DNA of 64,000 nucleotides from an uncultured Bacteroidia bacterium (GTDB lineage Bacteria; Bacteroidota; Bacteroidia; Bacteroidales; CAJPTX01): NCBI GenBank assembly GCA_947252645.1, contig CAMXWF010000002.1, positions 8,632 to 72,631 of the forward strand, read 5' to 3'. Shown piece by piece: positions 57,203 to 64,000 of this stretch (position 1 is its first letter; each line of letters starts with the position of its first letter). The notes under the pieces were generated by a model. It saw only the letters and a program-made list of their open reading frames with translations, ran no database searches and was not told where the DNA came from. The position numbers and the translations under genes were made by a program.

Positions 57203-57850
57203 CTACTCAGGTAAGATCTTGTCACTTTGCATGGAGTGGGGGAGGAACAGGGCGCGCCAGCCGCCGAGGCCGTAGCGGGTGTATTCGTCGAGAGTTTGCT
57301 GTAACTGCGCTTCGCTCAGTTCTTCGTGGGCAATCAGCTCTGTAATCACCGTGAGCCACAGGCCGCACATGAGTTGGATGAAGAAAGGCGACACCTCGAC
57401 GTGCATTTTTGGGTAACGCGCTTTGACCAAGTTCATGTACTCATGGCTCAATTGCTCTTGCTGCGCCATGAGGGTCATACGGTAGTTCTCAAAGGCGGTG
57501 CCCGCCGTGCCGAAGAATAGTAGGCGCAGCTCCAGTCGATACTGGGAGACGAGGTGGAAAAGCATGTTGCGCATCTCTACTATACGAGCGGGGTCGGTGT
57601 AGATTTCTATCGACAGGTAGCGTTCGCCATTGTGCAGCGCGAAGAGGTTGTTGATGGCCTGCAGGGCGGGGGCCAGTACCTCCTTTAGGATGGCATCCTT
57701 ATTCGGGAAGTAGGTGTAGATGCTTCCCACGGCCACCTGGGCTTTCTGCGCTATGGCCCGCATAGTGGTTTTAGAGGCCCCCTGCGCTAGGAAAAGCCTT
57801 TTGGCCGCTAGGAGTATGGCTTGGCGGACATTGTCATTTGGTCGCTGCAT
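57203..57850 (-). CDS. TetR/AcrR-family transcriptional regulator
   Basis: I place the start at MQRPNDNVRQAILLAAKRLFLAQGASKTTMRAIAQKAQVAVGSIYTYFPNKDAIL, which carries the TetR HTH. The longer track ORF (to 57934) would include the terminator hairpin at 57900-57929. Confidence 0.88.
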   Translation of the reverse strand: MQRPNDNVRQAILLAAKRLFLAQGASKTTMRAIAQKAQVAVGSIYTYFPNKDAILKEVLAPALQAINNLFALHNGERYLSIEIYTDPARIVEMRNMLFHLVSQYRLELRLLFFGTAGTAFENYRMTLMAQQEQLSHEYMNLVKARYPKMHVEVSPFFIQLMCGLWLTVITELIAHEELSEAQLQQTLDEYTRYGLGGWRALFLPHSMQSDKILPE

Positions 57851-57890
57851 GGTCGAGCGGGGCAATAGTGAACGATGTTCGAGGACGTTC

Positions 57891-57929
57891 AAAAGAAAAG
57901 CGCACCGCCCAGTTTCCTGAGCGGTGCGC
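57891..57929 (-). terminator. Rho-independent terminator of the coaD / TlpA-like operon
   Basis: The 9-bp inverted repeat gcgcaccgc / gcggtgcgc has a 12-nt loop. On the minus strand it is followed by ttttctttt. Confidence 0.7.
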
Positions 57930-58144
57930 GGCAACGGCTATGGCTAGGCCTAGCGGAGGAGTCCAAGTCCTGTTTTTCATCAACGCAAAGGTAGAGCCTC
58001 TGCAATTGCGGAGGTATAGCCAAAAGTGGGTATCCGGGGCTTGGGTCCATCCCCAAGTCCACGCAGGGGCTTCCCCTTTGGAGGCCGCAGACAGCTACGC
58101 ATGCTGCTGACAGACAGCCTATTGAGGCTGATATGGTTGTGGGC

Positions 58145-59563
58145 TTACCGTGCCATTAGGGTCTGCATTAGGCCCTCGCTTGGGGATGGGGCAGGGGAGA
58201 GCTCCAAAAGACCGCGCTCGTTGAGCAGGAAGTAGGTCGGATACACCCGGATGTCGTAGGCCCGTAGTAGCTCGTACTGGTCGCCAATGTGGGCAAACGT
58301 GAAGGGATAGTGGGCCCCCTGCACGTAGCGCTGCATGGCCTCGGCATTCGAATCCGCGCAGAGCACCACGATCTGCAAACGCTCGCCCATGCGTTCCTGG
58401 AGCTTGCGGAGCAGCTCAAAGTCTTGTAGACAGGTGTAGGAGGTGGTCATGGCAAAGACGAGCAAGACGGGCTTGCCACGCAGGGCGTGGAGGTCGACCA
58501 TTTTGCCCTCAGTGCTTACCAGTCGGATGGGGTAGGGCGCAAAGCCAGGCAAGAGCTTGGTCACCTTCTCGCGGATGTAGTTGGCGATAAAGGCGTGCTC
58601 GGCTATCTCCGTGGTCTGGTTGAGCGAATCCAGGATGGTAGCTAGTGCAGCGCGAGAGAAGTTGCCGCTGAAGAACTCATCGTGCAGCCCCTTGAGGATC
58701 ACCAGCTCCAGCAGGGCATCGGGCTGTAGGTTGTCGTTCTGGCGTAGAACCGCTTTGAGCTTGCTGAGGCTCTTGGCTTTTGAGATGGCTTGGTAGATGG
58801 CGTGCCCTTCCTGGGTGCGCCCATGGAAAATGAAGTAGCGGTCGTAGATAGTGGCAAAAAGGTCCCGGTAGGCTGGGTTGCTGTAGCGGATCGGGCGACC
58901 CTTGAAGTACTCATCGGAGAGGGCTTTGACCCGTTTGGTCTGGGCCACGTAGTGCAGCATGCCTTCGCGATAGAGCAAATAGTCCTGGAAGAAAGGATCT
59001 TGGCAATTGGCGAACTGCGCCCGTAGGGCCTCGTTGATGGAGTCGGTGGGGATGGGCAACTTTTTAGCTTGGGCTACGGCTTGGGCCGAGTCGAGGGCTT
59101 GGGCTTGAGCCATGTCGAAGCGTGCAATGCAGTCGTTGACGTTGAGCTGCGCAGTGTCATCCGGATGGAGCACCAGCTGCAGCTCGGGAACCTGGCGGTA
59201 GGGGTTGAGGCGCTCAGCATCGCCCAGGGGTGTGTAGGGCGGTAGGCCCAGCGTGTAGCGTTGACCCTGTTGCGCGTAGAAGTAGAGACGGTAGATGCCC
59301 GCATCGAGAATTACCAGCTGCGTGCCATAGAGACGCAGTGGGCAGCTGAAGTCGCCCTCAGGCCCCACGGTGATCCGCCCCGCCACCTCGTAGTCGTCGG
59401 TAATGAAGCCTACGGGCACCCTGAACTCCAGCGTGACATTGGCGTAGCTCGGCGCATGGCCTCGCACGAGCGTCAGGGCCATGCGCTCCTGCGCCCCCAC
59501 TATCCAAGAAAGTACCGAAAAGCCCGCCGCCAGCACTAGGCGTATGGCATGGGATGCCCTCAT
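58145..59563 (-). CDS. TlpA/redoxin-like thioredoxin-fold protein with a degenerate SxxC active site
   Basis: 472-aa ORF with a signal peptide. The C-terminal redoxin-like domain is GKPVLLVFAMTTSYTCLQDFELLRKL...IVVLCADSN. SYTC sits where TlpA-family proteins carry WCxxC. Its ATG overlaps the coaD stop (ATGA at 59560-59563). Confidence 0.75.
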   Translation of the reverse strand: MRASHAIRLVLAAGFSVLSWIVGAQERMALTLVRGHAPSYANVTLEFRVPVGFITDDYEVAGRITVGPEGDFSCPLRLYGTQLVILDAGIYRLYFYAQQGQRYTLGLPPYTPLGDAERLNPYRQVPELQLVLHPDDTAQLNVNDCIARFDMAQAQALDSAQAVAQAKKLPIPTDSINEALRAQFANCQDPFFQDYLLYREGMLHYVAQTKRVKALSDEYFKGRPIRYSNPAYRDLFATIYDRYFIFHGRTQEGHAIYQAISKAKSLSKLKAVLRQNDNLQPDALLELVILKGLHDEFFSGNFSRAALATILDSLNQTTEIAEHAFIANYIREKVTKLLPGFAPYPIRLVSTEGKMVDLHALRGKPVLLVFAMTTSYTCLQDFELLRKLQERMGERLQIVVLCADSNAEAMQRYVQGAHYPFTFAHIGDQYELLRAYDIRVYPTYFLLNERGLLELSPAPSPSEGLMQTLMAR

Positions 59564-60066
59564 TGCTCGCTGTCGGTGTGCCCCACAGGGCGATTCCAGG
59601 GGTAGCGCGAGAGATCGATCTTGTCGGAAAGGAAGGCACGCGTATCGCCCCCGTGGATAAGAATGTCGCGCACCACGGTGCTGGTGATGGGCGCATGCTC
59701 TTGCCGCGTCACGAAGAAGAGCGTCTCCACCTCCGGATTGACCATGCTATTGGCTTGGGCGATGGTGCGCTCGTAGTCGAAATCCGTGCCCGAGCGCAAG
59801 CCACGGATGAGGTAGCCAGCCCCCACGGTCCTGCAGAAATCTATCGTCAACCCATCGTAGAAGTCCACGGTCACCCGGGGCTCGTTGTCGAACACATCGC
59901 GGATGATGCGCATGCGGCTCTCAAGCGGAAAGAGCGTCTGCTTGCCTGCGTGCCGCCCGATAGCCAGAATCACCCGGTCAAATAGCCGCAGTGCCCGACG
60001 GGCTATGTCCTCATGCCCCCGTGTAAATGGGTCGAATGTCCCCGCGAATACTGCCACTCGTTCCAT
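59560..60066 (-). CDS. coaD: Pantetheine-phosphate adenylyltransferase
   Basis: 168-aa ORF with VAVFAGTFDPFTRGHEDI (the nucleotidyltransferase T/HxGH motif) and ISSTVVRD-like ITSTVVRD. Confidence 0.95.
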   Translation of the reverse strand: MERVAVFAGTFDPFTRGHEDIARRALRLFDRVILAIGRHAGKQTLFPLESRMRIIRDVFDNEPRVTVDFYDGLTIDFCRTVGAGYLIRGLRSGTDFDYERTIAQANSMVNPEVETLFFVTRQEHAPITSTVVRDILIHGGDTRAFLSDKIDLSRYPWNRPVGHTDSEQ

Positions 60067-60369
60067 TGGCCTGCGTCCCTTTGCTCCCTACCACAAAGGT
60101 AGCTAGAAGTTGCAATTCTACCCGCCTGCTCCTGTGGCAGCAGCCAGGCGCACCACCGCGCCCCAAAGTAGGCAGAGCCAGCAGGTAGCGTGCGCAGCGG
60201 ATGCCGTATGCACTACCTGCTGGCTCTGCCTGGTAGACATCGGCTCTGCGGGTTGCTACCCACCCCCACGTCTCTCGGGGCATACTGCCCTAAGAGTATT
60301 CAAGCCAACCGCCCGCCCAGGGTCAACGCCTTGGTGCAGTGTCCCACCCATAGGCCTCTTCCCTGGTCG

Positions 60370-61245
60370 TTAGGCCTGAGGAAGCACCATGAGTACCCCG
60401 CCGACAGCTAGCAGTACGCGTAGGCAGCGGATGAGACGAGCTCGCTTGGCCACACTGGCTTCGCTTGCCTCGGCCATAGATCGCAGGAAAGGTAGGCGGA
60501 CTTCCAGCGTGCGCCCTATGGCTACAGCAAGCGTCAGCAGGAGCGCAAACAGCAGATTGTAGGGGCGAATGAAGTTCCCCACCGAGAAGAAGAGTACCAC
60601 GGAGAGGCCAGCCATGATGAGGAGCTCCAGCAGCCAGTCCACAACCTTGTAGCGGTTTAGAGCCAGCCTCTTGGCGTACGCCTCTATCTGAGTAGCTTCC
60701 TTCGCCCTGTACTGCGCCAGTGCCTCACCCTGAAGCGTGGAGAGATTTTTGCTCAGGCCATGCGTACACACATGCATCACCACCACGGAGATTGCAAAGA
60801 GCGCAGGGCCAGTCAAGATAATCCACAGCTCCTCCCCCTGTGTGAACCCGTAGATGGGAGTGTAGAGCGCAGGTACGAGTGCAAACGGCATGAAGCATAG
60901 AATGCCCAGGTTGAGCGCCGACAGCTGCCAAGGGGCATAAAGCGTGCGGTTATCGGCATTGTAGTAGGGCGTAGGCATCATGTTGAGCATATTGCTCAGC
61001 GGAGTATAGCGGCATGCAAATAGTAGGATGAATATAAGTAGTCCCACTATCGACATCACGGGAAGCCCCCATACGTAGGCAACGTGGGTGGCTAGGGGAA
61101 GTTTTGTGCCTGCCAACTCCCAGATGATGAAAATCGCCAAGTGCGGCACTAGCAGGGCCACTGCCAGTGCCAACGAGAATACCGAGATAGTGTGGTAGCC
61201 GTATTTACCGTAGAGCCAGTGATTGAATGACATGATGACCTCCAA
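60370..61245 (-). CDS. Uncharacterised polytopic membrane protein (paralogue B)
   Basis: 291-aa ORF (alternative start MSFNHW at 61233). It has at least 6 hydrophobic segments split by an amphipathic linker (QGEALAQYRAKEATQIEAYAKRLALNRYKVVDW). It shares motifs with the 61247-62107 product. I recognise no family. Confidence 0.7.
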   Translation of the reverse strand: MEVIMSFNHWLYGKYGYHTISVFSLALAVALLVPHLAIFIIWELAGTKLPLATHVAYVWGLPVMSIVGLLIFILLFACRYTPLSNMLNMMPTPYYNADNRTLYAPWQLSALNLGILCFMPFALVPALYTPIYGFTQGEELWIILTGPALFAISVVVMHVCTHGLSKNLSTLQGEALAQYRAKEATQIEAYAKRLALNRYKVVDWLLELLIMAGLSVVLFFSVGNFIRPYNLLFALLLTLAVAIGRTLEVRLPFLRSMAEASEASVAKRARLIRCLRVLLAVGGVLMVLPQA

Positions 61246-61246
61246 A

Positions 61247-62107
61247 TCATAGTGTGGTTAGCGAGCAGATGTAGAGGGCCAAGAGGGCAAACAGTAGGCG
61301 CATGGCCTTCACGGCTCGAGCCCACTTGATGGCGTACTGCTGGTCGTTGGCGCATTTGCTGCCCACAATCTGCGGCAGGTAATACTCCACGGTGCGTCCG
61401 CCGGCTACCGTGACGATGCAGGCGTAGAGGTCGATGACCTTGTTGAGTCCTACGGAGGTGTTGAACATGGCGACCAGGGCAGCCGTCAGCACCACGTGGA
61501 TGGCCCCCTCTAGGAACCAGTCGAGTATCCCGTAGCGGTAGCGGAGAATGCGAGATTCTTCTTTTTCCATCTTCGCCAACGCGCCAGCCCTATAGGAATC
61601 ACCCTCGGGACTGACCAGTACGCGGTCGAGATGGGAGGCCTGTCGGTAGTTCACTGCAATCAGTGCTACCGTGACTACGCAAGCAAACAGGGCACTTAGC
61701 CAAGTCCATTGGCTGGCATGCGCCAATGCGCCATGGTATACGCACGCCACCAGCGCCAGTGGCGTGAACGCCAAGGCAAACCCGTAGAGCACGGCTCGCA
61801 ACGCCGGGCGGTAGAGGGGAAAATTCTCTGCCTTGTAGAAGCTCAGCGGGAAAACGTGTACCCGTGTCGCTTGCGGCCACCCGTCGAAGAGCCGGGGCAT
61901 GGCTAGGAAAAACAGCCACACCACCAACATGATGGCGCCGGGCACCCATAGGCCAGGTGAAGCCAACAGATCGGTGAGTTGTCCGCCGATGAGCCAATAG
62001 AGCAAGAGAAGCAGGTGCGGCACGGCCACGCAGACAAGCATAGTTCGCATCGAGGCGGCCGCCAGGCGAAATTGTGTCGGGGAGTAGGCAACTATTGTAG
62101 CACCCAT
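61247..62107 (-). CDS. Uncharacterised polytopic membrane protein (paralogue A)
   Basis: 286-aa ORF with at least 6 hydrophobic segments. It shares the motifs VPHL..., Y(K/N)A(E/D)N..LY.P, RY..(L/V)DW(F/L)LE and GRT(V/L)E..LP with the downstream gene. Its stop is 1 nt from the next start. Confidence 0.7.
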   Translation of the reverse strand: MGATIVAYSPTQFRLAAASMRTMLVCVAVPHLLLLLYWLIGGQLTDLLASPGLWVPGAIMLVVWLFFLAMPRLFDGWPQATRVHVFPLSFYKAENFPLYRPALRAVLYGFALAFTPLALVACVYHGALAHASQWTWLSALFACVVTVALIAVNYRQASHLDRVLVSPEGDSYRAGALAKMEKEESRILRYRYGILDWFLEGAIHVVLTAALVAMFNTSVGLNKVIDLYACIVTVAGGRTVEYYLPQIVGSKCANDQQYAIKWARAVKAMRLLFALLALYICSLTTL

Positions 62108-62119
62108 AGTTTTATCCTG

Positions 62120-63004
62120 TTAGAGGGCCATGTTAGTCAGATAGGCCTCAATGACTGCGCGAAGTTCCTGAGCTTGTTCTGGCGTGAGCTTACCCCCATG
62201 CGCCTCTACTACGTACTTCTCTGCTGCTTTGTAAATTCTTTGAGACATTGCTTCAAGAACTGTCTGACCAAACTCTGCGGAATCGATTTGGGAAAGCACC
62301 ACCATGGTGTCTGCGTTGAGATTCCCTATTTCTGCTTTTACACTTTGCCCCGCTGCTTCTACGCTCACTAAGACCACGCAATGGACAAACAGCGCAGCTT
62401 CTGCTACTAGTACCACAAATGCGACTACAGGTGCAATTGCAAAAAATGCTCCGCTACGGTATACCCCAAGCGTGGTCTGCTGCCCGTTGATACCAAGCTG
62501 ATTGGCGATTTGCTCCAGAATAGAATTTAGCTCTGTAGAGGCCTCAGCATCAGTTTCTATTGCTTCCCTGTTGGACAATATGCACTCTACAACCGCTTGG
62601 TTATCTCCATTTTTAATGGCCATGCGGAGCTGTCGGTCTGCTAGTAGAGACACAAGCCTTATAACGAAGGGATCTAGGCGTTCGCTGGAATTGCTTGGCA
62701 ATGACGTTTGCCATGTGAGAATCTGCTCGGCTGCTTCCCGAGATTCTTTTGCTTGTTCCAGCACCGCCCTTAAGCGATTCCAGTACAGCCTATCTTGATC
62801 GCTTAAACCAACGGCGGATCCATTATTTTGCGATGATGACTTAGCCAGCGCATTCAGTCGTTTTTTCAGCATCAATGCGTGCTGTTCATCTTCCGTCATA
62901 TCGTATCTTGCGCATGATTCTAAGAATATGACAATCGCAGTCAAAAACGCCAACGCCTTGAACAAGGCCTTCTTCATTGCAAAGAGTGAATCTTTCTGTT
63001 TCAT
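62120..63004 (-). CDS. Uncharacterised helical lipoprotein-like protein with an internal hydrophobic hairpin
   Basis: 294-aa ORF with a signal and lipobox-like sequence (LAFLTAIVIFLESC). Its regions are rich in helix-forming residues. It has a single ~35-aa hydrophobic segment (GAFFAIAPVVAFVVLVAEAALFVHCVVLVSVEAAG). The gene is AT-rich. I recognise no family. Confidence 0.65.
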   Translation of the reverse strand: MKQKDSLFAMKKALFKALAFLTAIVIFLESCARYDMTEDEQHALMLKKRLNALAKSSSQNNGSAVGLSDQDRLYWNRLRAVLEQAKESREAAEQILTWQTSLPSNSSERLDPFVIRLVSLLADRQLRMAIKNGDNQAVVECILSNREAIETDAEASTELNSILEQIANQLGINGQQTTLGVYRSGAFFAIAPVVAFVVLVAEAALFVHCVVLVSVEAAGQSVKAEIGNLNADTMVVLSQIDSAEFGQTVLEAMSQRIYKAAEKYVVEAHGGKLTPEQAQELRAVIEAYLTNMAL

Positions 63005-63025
63005 GGTGTTATGTAGTTAAGGATT

Positions 63026-64000
63026 TCAATTCGTAAGCTTCCCAGCTAAAGCGTCACCAAGATCGAGCCTACTAAAGACCTCAGCCCGATGAGCCTTGTA
63101 TGCCGAAGACACTCTTTCCAACATCGGGCGTGAGAACAGAATTCGGCAGACAGCGCAACTGTGTATGCCGAATGCATTCTTACTCCAGGCCATGCCTTCT
63201 GGTACGCCTTTTATACAACAGGACTGGTAGACTGAGTGTGCCCCTTTTACTGATATCCAAAGGAGGAGAAAGTCGTCTAGGAACGATCTATATGCGCTCA
63301 TCAGTTGCTCGCATGTGGGATACAGCGGCAGGGGGCGTTGTAGATAACTATTCCTTCTAACAGTCAAACCACAGCAGGCGTACAACTCTCCATGGGGTGA
63401 GAGCGTGATGGTGGTAAGGAGAGAGTCGCACGCCCTCATACTATCGGGGATAGGAAGCCTATTGGAAGCTTCTGCGTTTTTACTCCTCTCGGGGTTAGAC
63501 GTTGGCATCCAAATTCCGGCAATCACTCTAAAGTGGTCTGGACTGTGTGAGGTGCTTAGATTCGCTATTCGGGGGTCAGACATGAACTGGTCGTAATATG
63601 CATTGTCCTGCCTGTGCTGCTCAACATTGACAATGCACGTTACACCTAGCTCACAGGCGGCCATACTGCCATAAATAACATTGTCCATTGGAACCCAAGC
63701 TGAGTGTTCGTCCCCAGTACTAAAATTCACCTCGGAGAGGCCTAGCCTTTTGAGATGCTTCAGCATGCGAAATGCTTTGCCATAGCTTGTTGCCCAGTAG
63801 GCATTTGTGACCACCCGTACTTAGGAGGCCTCTTTTAGCCGCATAGGCTACAATCAGGCGAAGTTTAGCTCCAAGCAGAAAGCACTCTCCCCCAGTAATA
63901 ACCAACAGTCTCAGTGACTCCCCAAAGCAGGTCAATGCTGTATCGATGTAATGCTTCATGCGGCGTAGCGACATCAGAGGACTCTTTGCTATTGGGGAGC
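63026..64000 (-). pseudogene. Radical SAM / SPASM-like enzyme gene, 5'-truncated by the window edge and interrupted by a +1 frame change near 63815-63825
   Basis: The upstream frame is open to the window edge: ...SPIAKSPLMSLRRMKHYIDTALTCFGESLRLLVITGGECFLLGAKLRLIVAYAAKRGLLSTG. The reading then continues in another frame as VVTNAYWATSYGKAFRMLKHLKRLGLSEVNFSTGDEH... The tail is Cys-rich (LYACCG, PTC, SCC, HSCAVC). The Cx3Cx2C motif itself would lie outside the window. The break could be a real frameshift or a sequencing error in the ggg run. Confidence 0.6.

Noticed and set aside
1-64000. CRISPR arrays, IS elements/transposases, integrases, prophage or toxin-antitoxin modules
   Set aside because: I saw no regularly spaced direct repeats. 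No ORF shows transposase DDE, integrase R-H-R-Y or phage structural signatures. The only mobility hints are compositional islands and the short repeats near the tRNAs.

Overview
This window looks like a chromosomal segment from a fairly GC-rich Bacteroidota genome, probably Bacteroidales-like. The lineage markers I see are T9SS C-terminal sorting domains, a SusC/SusD pair, TAnnTTTG -7 promoter boxes, adjacent pyrG and yidC, and a long-form signal peptidase I. I support about 45 protein genes, 2 tRNAs (Leu-UAG and Gln-CUG), several hairpin terminators and a few local repeats. I found no rRNA, CRISPR array, recognisable IS element, integrase or prophage. Housekeeping genes are recA, pyrG, yidC, nth, lepB, radA, panC, panD, smpB, coaD, a UbiD-family decarboxylase and a mannose-1-P guanylyltransferase. 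They are interleaved with these envelope and accessory modules. (1) Two tandem BspA-type LRR / Listeria-Bacteroides-repeat proteins that are T9SS cargo. (2) A TonB-dependent receptor operon with three uncharacterised lipoproteins, two of them distant paralogues. (3) Two paralogous beta-propeller/Y_Y_Y sensors whose output domain is a SpoIIE/PP2C phosphatase. (4) A MacA-like adaptor, FtsX-type permease and TolC operon with no ATPase gene. (5) A SusC/SusD pair followed by a phosphodiesterase with a PA14 domain. (6) A TetR, MMPL/RND exporter, LolA-like protein and beta-barrel module. (7) At the right edge, an AT-richer four-gene module with no family I can name for three members: a frameshifted radical SAM/SPASM-like gene, a helical lipoprotein with a hydrophobic hairpin, and two paralogous polytopic membrane proteins. 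The best candidates for something undescribed are module 7, module 2, and two structured non-coding stretches (5.43-5.94 kb and 35.2-36.06 kb, the latter next to the tRNA genes). All family calls come from motifs read in the supplied translations. No database search was run.
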